Assembly (NCBI GenBank): GCA_020352775.1
Contig: CP070684.1
Location: 47,302-111,301 of the forward strand
Source of the DNA: Candidatus Omnitrophota bacterium
Lineage (GTDB): Bacteria > Omnitrophota > Gorgyraeia > Duberdicusellales > 4484-171
Length of the DNA stretch: 64,000 nucleotides
Direction: 5' to 3'
Shown: in pieces, positions 38,279-48,066 of the stretch
Layout: the number at the start of each line of letters is the position of its first letter
Numbering within the stretch: the first letter of the stretch is position 1
Notes under the pieces: generated by a model
The model's database searches: none
Told to the model about the DNA's origin: nothing
What the model saw: only the letters and a program-made list of their open reading frames with translations
Program-made: the position numbers and the translations under genes

Positions 38279-39544
38279 TTACTTAGCTGCTCCTACGGTA
38301 GAAGGTGTATAGCCTTCAAAACTTGGAACATTTTTATCCATAATCTTAGTCGGTAGCCCGATTCTATCTAATATCGCGATGAATGGATCTGGGTCTAGCT
38401 CTTCAACATTTACCATGGTTTTTGTATCCCATTTCCCGTTAGCGACTAACATCGCAGCCGCTACCGGTGGCACACCGGCAGTATAACAGATGGCCTGGGA
38501 TTCTACTTCTTTGTAACATTGGGCATGGTCACAGGTATTATAGATAAATATTTCCTTATCTTTGCCGTTTTTTTTGCCTTTCACAAAGTTTCCAATGCAA
38601 GTTTTTCCTGTATAGTTAGGTGCTAATGAAAGTGGATCGGGTAGAATAGCTTTTATAACCTTAAGCGGCACTACTTCAACTCCTTCCGCAGTCTTAATGG
38701 GCTTTTCTGAGGTCAATCCCAGGTTAGTCAAAACACTAAAAACATTGATGTAGTGATCACTGAACCCCATCCAGAACCGGATACTGTTTGCGTCAATATT
38801 TTTTGACAAAGAATGAAGCTCATCATGACCGTTTAGATAAATGGGCTGCTTGCCTACCACTGGAAAATCATAAATTCTTTTGATGGAGTGGACCTTTTCC
38901 ATTACCCATTTTCTATCAATCCAGGTCCAAACTTTTTTGAATTCTCTGAAATTTATTTCCGGATCAAAGTTTGTAGCAAAATATTTACCGTGGTTGCCGG
39001 CGTTTACATCCATAATATCAATGGTATCAATTGTATCAAAATGGTGTTTAACCGCTAACGCGCAGTATGCGTTCACAACACCGGGGTCAAACCCTGCACC
39101 CAAGATGGCAGTAATACCTTTTTCTTTGCAGAGGTCCTTACGCTTCCATTCATAGTTTGCATACCAAGGAGGATCTTCGCAGACTTTATCCGGCTCTTCA
39201 TGTATAGCGGTATCCATGTAAGCTACGCCGGATTCAATGCAGGCTTGGAGAAGAGACATATTTACATATGATTGTGCAAGATTAACCACTATCTGAGAAT
39301 TAGTCTCTTTTATAATCTCTATTGCAGCTGGAATATCTAATGCATCTAACTGACGAGAGTATAGTTTTTTGGTCTTATCTTTTAGATGATTTTTTCTTTG
39401 AATGCTCTCAATAATTGCATCGCATTTACGCTGGGTTCGAGATGCAATACAAATATCACCTAAAAGGTCATTGTTCTGCGCGCATTTATGTGCCGCTACA
39501 TGAGCAACGCCACCAGCTCCTACGATTAAAACATTTTTTTTCAT
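38279..39544 (-). CDS. Carboxy(nor)spermidine dehydrogenase/synthase (CASDH/CANSDH, saccharopine dehydrogenase family)
   Basis: 421 aa; 'VLIVGAGGVAHVAAHKCAQNNDLLGDICIASRT', 'GAGFDPGVVNAY', 'DVNAGNHGKYFATNFDPE', collinear with the Vibrio enzyme as I recall it. Confidence 0.85.
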   Translation of the reverse strand: MKKNVLIVGAGGVAHVAAHKCAQNNDLLGDICIASRTQRKCDAIIESIQRKNHLKDKTKKLYSRQLDALDIPAAIEIIKETNSQIVVNLAQSYVNMSLLQACIESGVAYMDTAIHEEPDKVCEDPPWYANYEWKRKDLCKEKGITAILGAGFDPGVVNAYCALAVKHHFDTIDTIDIMDVNAGNHGKYFATNFDPEINFREFKKVWTWIDRKWVMEKVHSIKRIYDFPVVGKQPIYLNGHDELHSLSKNIDANSIRFWMGFSDHYINVFSVLTNLGLTSEKPIKTAEGVEVVPLKVIKAILPDPLSLAPNYTGKTCIGNFVKGKKNGKDKEIFIYNTCDHAQCYKEVESQAICYTAGVPPVAAAMLVANGKWDTKTMVNVEELDPDPFIAILDRIGLPTKIMDKNVPSFEGYTPSTVGAAK

Positions 39545-39555
39545 TGCACCCTCCT

Positions 39556-40659
39556 TTACGATAAATTGTTTTTAAAGTCTGTATAGCTGAAACGACGAAC
39601 AACATCTATCGATCCATCTTCTCTTTTAACTACGATCGAAGGCATGTTCAAACCGTTAAACCAATTTTTTTTCACCATGGTATAGCCTGCAGCATCGGCG
39701 ATTCTAATTATGCTACCTGGCTTTAGCTTAGATTTAAAATGAAATACTCCAAAGACATCCCCGGCAAGACAGGAACGTCCCGCAATCATATATTTAAACT
39801 TTCCATTTTTTGAATTATCTATTTTGGCCGCGCTTCGATATATTAGCAAATCTAACATATGCGCTTCTGTGGAAGCATCCACAATAGCGATATCAATCTC
39901 ATTGTGGATGATATCCAAGACTTTTGTCACGAGTTGGGCCGAACGTGTAATGGCGGCTTCTCCCGGTTCCAAATAAACTTGGATTTTAAATTTATTACTA
40001 AATTCCTTTAACTTTTTACAAAATTTTTCCACGGGGTACCCATCTTTTGTAAAATAAAATCCACCACCTAAACTGACCCATTTTAGTTTTTTAAGAAGAG
40101 TGCCATAGGTACGGCTGATAAAATCAAGATTAGAGGAGAAGTTTTTAAAGTCGTCATTCTCGCAATTAAAGTGAAACATTACCCCGCTGATCAAGGGTGC
40201 TATTTCTAAAAGAGATTTCTTGTTAACTACACCGAGTCTTGAGAATCGCCGTGCGGGATCAGCCAAATCATAATGAGAAAAACTTACCTTTGGATTAACT
40301 CTTATTCCTGCTTCCAGCCCCTTTATGCCTTTGCGATACATCTTTAATTGGGATATCGAATTAAAAATGATCTTATCTGCGTATCGGCGCACAGCTTTTA
40401 TATCATCTTTAGAGAAAGCCACGCAATAGGCATGGACTTCTTTGCCGAACTTTTCATAACCCAGGCGTGCCTCATATAAAGAGCTGCTGGTTGTTCCGTC
40501 CATGTATTTTTTCATGAGATTAAATACGCTCCAAGTGGAGAAACATTTAAGGGCAAGAACACTCTTAGCGCCACAACAATCCCTAATGCGCTTAATCAGC
40601 TTGAGATTCTTTAACAATTTACGCTCCTCAATCAAGTAATAAGGTGTTGTTAGGGTCAT
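39556..40659 (-). CDS. nspC: Carboxy(nor)spermidine decarboxylase
   Basis: 367 aa; 'TPYYLIEERKLLKNL', PLP-fold (alanine racemase-like) length, immediately upstream of CASDH in the same operon. Confidence 0.85.
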   Translation of the reverse strand: MTLTTPYYLIEERKLLKNLKLIKRIRDCCGAKSVLALKCFSTWSVFNLMKKYMDGTTSSSLYEARLGYEKFGKEVHAYCVAFSKDDIKAVRRYADKIIFNSISQLKMYRKGIKGLEAGIRVNPKVSFSHYDLADPARRFSRLGVVNKKSLLEIAPLISGVMFHFNCENDDFKNFSSNLDFISRTYGTLLKKLKWVSLGGGFYFTKDGYPVEKFCKKLKEFSNKFKIQVYLEPGEAAITRSAQLVTKVLDIIHNEIDIAIVDASTEAHMLDLLIYRSAAKIDNSKNGKFKYMIAGRSCLAGDVFGVFHFKSKLKPGSIIRIADAAGYTMVKKNWFNGLNMPSIVVKREDGSIDVVRRFSYTDFKNNLS

Positions 40660-40839
40660 AAGTCAATCTAATCTAATCCTTCTCGAGGGTAATTTTTATT
40701 TACGTGTAAGTTATCAATATTTCAACGCCTGGACAAGCTTTTTTCGTGTTTTAGTATACTCGAACTTAAGTATAATGCAAGAAAAAAAATATCTTAGAAC
40801 GCAAACTGTGAAAAGAGGCGCTATTTTAGCTGATTCATA

Positions 40840-40867
40840 TTGCATTCATATAGATTCGTGATAAAAT
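40840..40867 (+). promoter_or_regulatory. Sigma70-type promoter of tRNA-Thr
   Basis: TTGCAT (40840-40845), 16-nt spacer, TAAAAT (40862-40867), 13 nt before the tRNA. Confidence 0.55.
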
Positions 40868-40880
40868 TAGCAATCGGCAT

Positions 40881-40953
40881 GCCGACGTAGCTCAGTTGGT
40901 AGAGCAGGTCATTCGTAATGATCAGGTCGGAGGTTCGACTCCTCTCGTCGGCT
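40881..40953 (+). tRNA. tRNA-Thr(CGT); no encoded CCA
   Basis: Hand-folded: acceptor GCCGACG/CGTCGGC, D arm GCTC/GAGC, anticodon arm GGTCA-TTCGTAA-TGATC, T arm GGAGG-TTCGACT-CCTCT. Confidence 0.9.
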
Positions 40954-40992
40954 TTCTGAAGTAATGCTGGTAGTTTTTTAAAAAAGGGTGCA

Positions 40993-42258
40993 ATGCGCAA
41001 TTCTCACTTTCGAATCTTAAGAAAACGTAATTTCTTTTTCCTCTGGTTGGGCCAGATCATCTCTCAATTTGGGGATCGCCTCACCCAAATGGCCCTCATC
41101 GGACTTGTCTATCGACTGGAACCAGGTTCTTCAGTAGGTCTTGCAAAAATGCTCAGTTTAGCTATTATTCCGGTATTTCTTTTCTCGCCAGTTGCCGGAG
41201 TATATGCTGACAGGTGGAATAAGCAAAAAACTATGTATGTAAGCGATGCTTTGCGAGGCGTATTTATACTACTTATTCCGCTGGTATTCATGAAATTACA
41301 CTCTTATATACCTATATATGCCTTAGTGTTTCTTTCGTTTGGGGTAGGACGCTTCTTTATCCCCGCAAAAATGGCAATCATCCCATCCCTGGTTAAGAAA
41401 AAAGACTTTCTGGTTGCTAACTCTTTAGTTTCTATCACGGCAATGATCGCGGCGGTTTTAGGATTTGGCCTGGGCGGAATAATCGTTGAAAGGTGGGGGG
41501 TAGAAAGTGCTTTTATTCTCGATGCCTCGACCTTTTTTCTTTCCGCAATGCTAATCTTTGCAATGCGTATCAAAGAAAAAGCCAAGTTTAACCCCCGAGA
41601 ATTTTTTGTCGCTGGAAAAGACGCTATTCTTACGGCAAAAAACTCCTTTATGCACGAAGCTAAGGAAGGTTTGCGTTATATTCTCAAGTCCGCCGAGACC
41701 CGTTATGCTGCCAAAGTGCTTTTTGTTTTGTTTGCAACAATCGGCTCCCTTTATACAGTATTTATCGTGTTTATCCAGAATACCCTCGACACCATTACCC
41801 TAGATTTGGGATGGCTAGCAGTAGGAATAGGAGCAGGGCTTTTTCTGGGCTCACTTTTATACGGAAGATTCGGCTCTAAGGCCCGGGTAAAAAAGACAAT
41901 AAATCTATCCCTGCTTGCCTCAAGCTCATGCCTTGTTCTTTTTGCCTATCTTTTGCACACTTATCCCGATACCTTATTTGCATTTTTCTTATGCTTACTC
42001 CTAGGCGCAATCGCAGCTCCGATTGTAATTGCAGTCAATACCCTCATCCATCAGGAAAGCGAAAACAACTTCTGGGGACGAATCTTTAGCTCTTTAGAGG
42101 TTGTTATTCATCTGGCGTTTATTTTGTTTATGTTTGCTTCCTCATATCTGGCCGAAGTAATGACTCCCTTTACAATAATTATGAGCGTGGGGGTAATTGT
42201 AATGCTTTTTTCAACCTATACCCTTATAAGAAAAAATGCTGAAAGTTCACGAATCTAA
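40993..42258 (+). CDS. MFS transporter
   Basis: 421 aa, about 12 TMs, 'GVYADRWNKQKTM' loop 2-3-type motif. Confidence 0.8.
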   Translation: MRNSHFRILRKRNFFFLWLGQIISQFGDRLTQMALIGLVYRLEPGSSVGLAKMLSLAIIPVFLFSPVAGVYADRWNKQKTMYVSDALRGVFILLIPLVFMKLHSYIPIYALVFLSFGVGRFFIPAKMAIIPSLVKKKDFLVANSLVSITAMIAAVLGFGLGGIIVERWGVESAFILDASTFFLSAMLIFAMRIKEKAKFNPREFFVAGKDAILTAKNSFMHEAKEGLRYILKSAETRYAAKVLFVLFATIGSLYTVFIVFIQNTLDTITLDLGWLAVGIGAGLFLGSLLYGRFGSKARVKKTINLSLLASSSCLVLFAYLLHTYPDTLFAFFLCLLLGAIAAPIVIAVNTLIHQESENNFWGRIFSSLEVVIHLAFILFMFASSYLAEVMTPFTIIMSVGVIVMLFSTYTLIRKNAESSRI

Positions 42259-43522
42259 AGAACTGCAACACCAGCTGCCAAGCGAAAAATTACGTTTACC
42301 CAAAAAGCTCTACCTGCCGCTGTCTCAACATACCGGAAGACCTTCTAAAGCTTGTGTTTCAATAGGTAAGGAAGTAGAAGAAGCCAGCACAATCGCACTG
42401 GAAGACGGGTTGATCTCGGCCAGGCTTCATGCACCCCAAAAAGGAAAAATAACTGCTATTGAAAATTATTGGCATCCAGTATTAAAACGTGCACCCGCTA
42501 TCGCTTTAGAATGTGCCCCAGAAGAGAAACGCTATCAGATAGAAAAAGACCTCCAGCATTATTCTAAAGACGAAATACTAGAAATGATTAAAAATAGCGG
42601 AATTGTAGGAATGGGAGGGGCGGCATTTCCTAGCCAGGTGAAATTAAAACCGCCCCAAAAAGTCGACACCCTTATCATAAACGGTTGCGAATGCGAACCC
42701 TACCTGGCATGCGATTACCGACTGATGGTAGAAAATTTAGATGAGATATTTAAAGGGATCGAGATAGTTTGCAGGCTCATTAATCCTAAAGAAGTGATTT
42801 TTGCCATCGAAGACAACAAAATCTCAATCAAAAAGAAACTCAATCACATCCGCAGTCTAAAAAAATTCAATATCCCAAAGCTTGGGATCGCGGTATTAAA
42901 AACCGCTTACCCCCAAGGGGGCGAGAAACAGCTTATCTTCACGCTCACAAAAAGAAGAGTAAAAGGTGATGAGCTCCCCTTTGAAGTAGGCTGTCTCGTA
43001 CACAATGTCGCAACTTGTTTTGCCATTTATGAAGCGGTTTATCTGGATAAACCCCTAATTGAACGCATGGTAACATGTGCCGGAGATGCACTTTGCGCAC
43101 CTAAAAACATCTGGGTAAAAATTGGAACAACTCTTAAAGAACTATTTGATGAAAAAATCCTTGAGTTTAAAATTGAGCCTAAAAAAATTATTGCTGGCGG
43201 GCCGATGATGGGAATCGGATTAAATCACCTTGAATATCCGATATTAAAGGGGAGCGGAGGATTTCTCTTTCTGACAAAAGATGTCACCGAACTAGAAGAA
43301 GGTCCCTGCATAAGATGCGCCCGCTGCGTCGATGAATGCCCCATGCAGCTTACTCCGTTAGAATATGTTAAGCGTATAAAAAAAGAAGAGTATGCGGTAC
43401 TGGATAAATTTAACATCAATGACTGTATTGAGTGCGGCTCCTGCGCTTATGTCTGCCCGGCAAAAATACCGCTGGTGCATTATATAAAGATTGGTAAGAA
43501 TTATATGCCCAAAAAGAAATAA
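42236..43522 (+). CDS. rnfC: Rnf electron-transport complex subunit C
   Basis: 428 aa; 'GIVGMGGAAFPS', 'INGCECEPYLACD', two ferredoxin motifs 'CIRCARCVDECP' and 'CIECGSCAYVCP'. Confidence 0.85.
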   Translation: MLKVHESKELQHQLPSEKLRLPKKLYLPLSQHTGRPSKACVSIGKEVEEASTIALEDGLISARLHAPQKGKITAIENYWHPVLKRAPAIALECAPEEKRYQIEKDLQHYSKDEILEMIKNSGIVGMGGAAFPSQVKLKPPQKVDTLIINGCECEPYLACDYRLMVENLDEIFKGIEIVCRLINPKEVIFAIEDNKISIKKKLNHIRSLKKFNIPKLGIAVLKTAYPQGGEKQLIFTLTKRRVKGDELPFEVGCLVHNVATCFAIYEAVYLDKPLIERMVTCAGDALCAPKNIWVKIGTTLKELFDEKILEFKIEPKKIIAGGPMMGIGLNHLEYPILKGSGGFLFLTKDVTELEEGPCIRCARCVDECPMQLTPLEYVKRIKKEEYAVLDKFNINDCIECGSCAYVCPAKIPLVHYIKIGKNYMPKKK

Positions 43523-43524
43523 AT

Positions 43525-44451
43525 ATGAACCTGAAGGTCAGTTGTTCACCACATTTACGGTCACCAGTCAATACTCCCTGGGTAATGATGCAAGTAATTG
43601 TGGCTCTCCTACCAGCCACAATCGCAGCGATTATTCTCTTTAAACAACGGGCAGCGTTCTTGATTGCAAATTGCGTAATAACCGCCCTTGTTACTGAAGA
43701 AATAATCCAGAAAATACGAAAAAAACCATCAACTGTCGCAGACTATAGCGGAGTATTAACTGGTCTACTACTTGCTTTGATCCTGCCACCTTCCACGCGC
43801 TGGTATGCAGCGAGCTTAGGATCAATATTTGCAATCGCAGTAGGAAAGCATCTTTTCGGTGGGCTGGGGGCAAATATTTTTAATCCCGCGCTAATTGGAA
43901 GGGCATTTCTTATGGCTGCTTATCCTAAAATGCTCACTACGTTCATAGCGCCTTCCAGTGTAGATGCGATAACTAAAGCTACGCCTTTAGCGCTTAGGAA
44001 GTTTAGCGGGGTCATCACACCGACTAAAGATTTATTTTTAGGAACAATCGCGGGAAGCTTAGGAGAAACATCAGCTGTCTGCCTTATCATTGGCGGAGCT
44101 TATCTATTGTGGCGTAAAATCGCAGACTGGCGCATCCCTTTAACAGTTCTTACTACAACCACTGTGATCAGCGCCATTTTTCACATCGTAAATCCCCTTA
44201 ATGGCTCGATATTATTCCATTTATTTAGCGGTGGTCTTCTTTTGGGTGCGTTTTTTATGGCAACAGACCCGGTAACTACTCCCACCACTAAAACCGGCCG
44301 CTATATCTTTGGTGGTGGATGTGCAATACTAATTATGATCATAAGGTATTTTAGCGGGCTTCCCGAGGGCGTGATGTATTCAATTTTATTCATGAATGCA
44401 CTCACCCCCCTTATTAACAGTTACACACAACCGAAAAGGTTTGGAGAATGA
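43525..44451 (+). CDS. rnfD: Rnf complex subunit D
   Basis: 308 aa polytopic; 'NPALIGRAFL', 'ITKATPL', 'FMATDPVTTP' (FMN attachment region). Confidence 0.9.
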   Translation: MNLKVSCSPHLRSPVNTPWVMMQVIVALLPATIAAIILFKQRAAFLIANCVITALVTEEIIQKIRKKPSTVADYSGVLTGLLLALILPPSTRWYAASLGSIFAIAVGKHLFGGLGANIFNPALIGRAFLMAAYPKMLTTFIAPSSVDAITKATPLALRKFSGVITPTKDLFLGTIAGSLGETSAVCLIIGGAYLLWRKIADWRIPLTVLTTTTVISAIFHIVNPLNGSILFHLFSGGLLLGAFFMATDPVTTPTTKTGRYIFGGGCAILIMIIRYFSGLPEGVMYSILFMNALTPLINSYTQPKRFGE

Positions 44452-44987
44452 AGGAAGTTATAAAAATCACAACTAGCCTTACCTTAGTATGCCTGATATG
44501 CGCGCTAGCTCTTGCGCTAGTTTATGGAGTGGCTAAGGTAAAAATCGAATTAAATGAAAAGAAAATGATCCAGGATGCAATAATACGGTTAGCACCCGGG
44601 GCTCAAAGAATAGAAAGACTTAATGAGATATATAAACTTCTGGCAGATAACGGTAAGCTAGAAGGTTATGCATTCCTGGCCCAAGGCCAAGGCTATCAGG
44701 GAAAAATCAAAATCCTTTCGGTGATTGATTCTAATTTAAAAAAATTAGTCGGCATTGAAATCATCGAATCTGTAGAAACACCGGGGTTGGGGGCAAAAAT
44801 ACAGGAAGATGAGTTCAGGAATCAATTTAAAGAATTAAATACGCTGCCCGCGATAGAATGCGTAAAAGAAGAAGCAAAAAAGGATTATCAAATAAAAGCA
44901 ATCACCGGAGCAACCGTATCTTCAAGGGCAGTAGTAAGCATACTGAATAAAAGGATCGAGAAATTAAAAGAGGAATTGGGCAAATGA
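44448..44987 (+). CDS. rnfG: Rnf complex subunit G
   Basis: 179 aa; single TM, FMN-binding 'ETPGLGAKI', 'ITGATVSSRAV'. Confidence 0.85.
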   Translation: MKEVIKITTSLTLVCLICALALALVYGVAKVKIELNEKKMIQDAIIRLAPGAQRIERLNEIYKLLADNGKLEGYAFLAQGQGYQGKIKILSVIDSNLKKLVGIEIIESVETPGLGAKIQEDEFRNQFKELNTLPAIECVKEEAKKDYQIKAITGATVSSRAVVSILNKRIEKLKEELGK

Positions 44988-45571
44988 GAGAAATCGTAAA
45001 AGGCTTATGGGATGAGCACCCAATTTTTAGACAACTGTTAGGGATGTGTCCTACCCTGGCAGTAACAACTTCGGCAATCAATGGACTTTCGATGGGATTG
45101 GCAGTGGTGTTTGTGCTTTTTTTCTCATCGTTAGTGGTCTCTGTTATGAAAAAAATTGTACCGCACCAGGTACGAATTGCAATCTATACTGTGATTATTG
45201 CCACCTTTGTAACGATTGTTGATATATTCCTTAAAGCCAATTTCCCCCAGATCAGCCGTGCCCTTGGTCCTTATGTTCCATTAATCATTGTTAACTGTAT
45301 AATTCTGGGAAGATGTGAAGCATTTGCTTCCAAACACAGTATCGGCAAGTCTTTACGTGATGCATTAGGAATGGGTATTGGGTTTAGCTGGGGATTGTTT
45401 CTTCTGGGGGCGATACGTGAAATCTTCGGGGCAAGGACGCTATTGGGAATTCAAATTCTACCCCAAAACTATGATCGATTGATCGTGATGATTTTACCGG
45501 CAGGAGCGTTTTTAGTATTGGGGTTTCTGGTTGCAATCATGAATCAAATAGAGGCAAAGGCTAAGAAATGA
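44984..45571 (+). CDS. rnfE: Rnf complex subunit E
   Basis: 195 aa; 'NPIFRQLLGMCPTLAVTT', 'LIIVNCIILGR'. Confidence 0.9.
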   Translation: MREIVKGLWDEHPIFRQLLGMCPTLAVTTSAINGLSMGLAVVFVLFFSSLVVSVMKKIVPHQVRIAIYTVIIATFVTIVDIFLKANFPQISRALGPYVPLIIVNCIILGRCEAFASKHSIGKSLRDALGMGIGFSWGLFLLGAIREIFGARTLLGIQILPQNYDRLIVMILPAGAFLVLGFLVAIMNQIEAKAKK

Positions 45572-46149
45572 AGGAATTATTATTAATATTTATTTCCACG
45601 GTATTGATTAATAATCTGGTATTGTCCTACTTTCTGGGAATTTGTCCCTTCTTGGGGGTCTCGGGCAGAATCGAGTCTGCGTTTGGAATGGGAATGGCAG
45701 TTATCTTTGTGATGACTTTAGCAACCAGTATCAGCTGGTTAATTTATCATTTAATTCTTTTACCATTTGGTTTATTTTTCTTAGAATATGTAGTTTTTAT
45801 TCTGGTCATTGCATCGTTAGTACAGATTGTGGAGATGTTTATACGAAAGTTTTCACCTGCGCTTTATCAGTCTCTGGGAATATATCTTCCCCTTATTACC
45901 ACTAATTGCGCCATTTTAGGAGTGGCGCTTTTTATGGTCGCCAGGAATTATAAGTTTCTGGAATCAGTGGTATTTGGGTTTGCCGCAGGATTGGGATTCT
46001 GGCTGGTATTACTTATCATGGCCGGAATTAGAGAAGAGCTAGAATATGTAGAGGTACCAAAAGTATTTAAAGGCGCTTCCTTAACGTTAATCACCGCCGG
46101 GCTCTTAGCACTTATCTTTATGGGTTTTTCAGGATTAATAAGTGCATAA
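45568..46149 (+). CDS. rnfA: Rnf complex subunit A
   Basis: 193 aa; 'INNLVLSYFLGICPFLGVS', 'LPLITTNCAILGVAL'. Confidence 0.9.
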   Translation: MKELLLIFISTVLINNLVLSYFLGICPFLGVSGRIESAFGMGMAVIFVMTLATSISWLIYHLILLPFGLFFLEYVVFILVIASLVQIVEMFIRKFSPALYQSLGIYLPLITTNCAILGVALFMVARNYKFLESVVFGFAAGLGFWLVLLIMAGIREELEYVEVPKVFKGASLTLITAGLLALIFMGFSGLISA

Positions 46150-46981
46150 TATGAATCAAATTACAATTTCAGTCTTGGTTCTGGGAACAACGGGTTTAAG
46201 TTTTTCTCTACTCTTAGCTCTTTTGAGCAAAAAGCTGCATGTAGAGGATGACCCCCGCCTAAAAGAAGTGTTGGATGTTTTGCCGGGATTAAACTGCGGT
46301 GCCTGCGGATACAGTGGCTGCCGCGCCTATGCCGAGGCGGTTGTAAAAAGCCTTAATCTTTTCAATGGGTGTCTGCCAGGAGGAGAAGAGGTAAATAATA
46401 AAATCGCTCATATCCTAAGAATAGATGCTGTAGACAAAAAACATACCGTAACTGCAATTTGTCGTTGCGCGGCCCAAGAAGGACAAAAGAAAGAATCTAC
46501 TTCCTATGAAGGCCCACAAACCTGTAAGGCTGCTCACCTAATTGGTGGAGCGCTTGACTGTATTTATGGCTGTATGGCATTGGGGGATTGCATCGAGGTG
46601 TGTCCAGTAGGAGCGCTTAGCCTTAATAATAAAAAGATCTATGTGGATCATACTAAGTGTATCGCGTGTGGGAAATGCGTGAAGGCCTGTCCGCGCAAAC
46701 TCTTTATTATCATCCCCTTAAAAGAAAATATCGATATCTACAATGTAGCCTGCAGCAATAAAGATAAGGGTGCCCAGACACAAAAGGTATGCGCACGCGG
46801 CTGCATCGGTTGCGGTCTGTGCACAAAGGTAGAAAGCTCACCGTATTATCTTAAAGATAATCTTTCCTACATTGATTATAAAAACGCAACCCAAACCAAA
46901 CCCCTAGAAGAGGGTAAAGAAAAATGTCCTACAAAATGTATTGATAAAGAAGAATTTAAGATATCCGTCAAGGCCCCATGA
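46142..46981 (+). CDS. rnfB: Rnf complex subunit B (alternative ATG at 46151)
   Basis: 279 aa; TM, 'LPGLNCGACGYSGCRAYAEA', several CxxCxxCxxxCP ferredoxin motifs. Confidence 0.85.
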   Translation: MHNMNQITISVLVLGTTGLSFSLLLALLSKKLHVEDDPRLKEVLDVLPGLNCGACGYSGCRAYAEAVVKSLNLFNGCLPGGEEVNNKIAHILRIDAVDKKHTVTAICRCAAQEGQKKESTSYEGPQTCKAAHLIGGALDCIYGCMALGDCIEVCPVGALSLNNKKIYVDHTKCIACGKCVKACPRKLFIIIPLKENIDIYNVACSNKDKGAQTQKVCARGCIGCGLCTKVESSPYYLKDNLSYIDYKNATQTKPLEEGKEKCPTKCIDKEEFKISVKAP

Positions 46982-47376
46982 TCCTTAAAGAAATAGTTAC
47001 AATAGAGGACATCGAGCAAAATAAAGTAAAGGTAAGATTTGAAAAAAGTAAAATGTGCTCTTGTTGTCGTTTGTCATTTTTATGTGGAAAACAAGGCCAA
47101 GAGCAGATTACGATTGATAACCCCGGGCTTTCCCTTGCGAAAGGAGATAAAATAGAGGTAGGCATTGAGAGAAAAAAACCTCTTTTGGCGAGTGTGCTTC
47201 TTTTCTTTTTCCCCGGTGTTATCTTTATCGCAACCCTGGTTATTTTTCACAACATCAAAGAAATATTAAGCTTTGTTTTGGCAATTACGTCAGTTATCAT
47301 TTACTTTATAATTCTAAAATGTATAATGAAAAAAAAAGAAGCCTACTTTAAACTAAAGATATTGAGGAAAGTATGA
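46978..47376 (+). CDS. RseC/MucC-family (SoxR-reducing-system) membrane protein
   Basis: 132 aa; N-terminal beta domain with 'CSCCRLSFLCG' then two TMs; ATGA overlap with rnfB. Confidence 0.65.
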   Translation: MILKEIVTIEDIEQNKVKVRFEKSKMCSCCRLSFLCGKQGQEQITIDNPGLSLAKGDKIEVGIERKKPLLASVLLFFFPGVIFIATLVIFHNIKEILSFVLAITSVIIYFIILKCIMKKKEAYFKLKILRKV

Positions 47377-47993
47377 GTAAGAAAGCTAAACAACTAAATA
47401 TGGCAATATTTGCTTCTGGAAACGGCTCTAATTTCGAGGCAATTGTAAAAGCAGTAAAAAGAGGCTATGTAAAGGCGAACTTAAAAATTCTCATTGTAGA
47501 CAAAGAGAAAGCTTATGCACGTAAAAGAGCCGAGAGATTAAAGGTGCCACACGTCTTTGTTGATCCTAAAAAATATAAATCGCGTGCTTCTTTTGACAAA
47601 GCAATTATCAATATCTTAAATAAAGAAAAAATCGATATCATCGCATTAGCCGGGTACATGCGCATCCTCAGTAACTTTTTTGTACGTAAATATAAAAATC
47701 GAATGCTAAATGTACATCCTGCGATACTCCCGGCCCTTAGAGGAGTAGATGCTATCAAGCGAGCGTTTAATTATGGTTGTCAGGTAACCGGGGTTACGGT
47801 TCATTTTGTTGATGAGAAAGTTGATCATGGCCCGGTGATTTTGCAGGAGACGGTAAAAATCAGCCCCCAGATGACTCTGGCGAGCTTGGAGAAAAAAATA
47901 CATGCCCTTGAACACAAATTATATCCTTTGGCAATAAAACTTTTAACAGAGAAAAAACTAAAGATAAAAGGACGTCAGGTCAAGATTATCTAG
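47373..47993 (+). CDS. purN: Phosphoribosylglycinamide formyltransferase
   Basis: 206 aa; 'FASGNGSNFEAI', 'LAGYMRIL', 'NVHPAILP', 'GVTVHFVDEKVDHGPVILQ'. Confidence 0.9.
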   Translation: MSKKAKQLNMAIFASGNGSNFEAIVKAVKRGYVKANLKILIVDKEKAYARKRAERLKVPHVFVDPKKYKSRASFDKAIINILNKEKIDIIALAGYMRILSNFFVRKYKNRMLNVHPAILPALRGVDAIKRAFNYGCQVTGVTVHFVDEKVDHGPVILQETVKISPQMTLASLEKKIHALEHKLYPLAIKLLTEKKLKIKGRQVKII

Positions 47994-48066
47994 ATACATT
48001 TTCTTTGCCCTTATTTTTATTTTCGGTAGCGGCCTTTATAATAATTCCAACAATCTTAGTGTAAAG

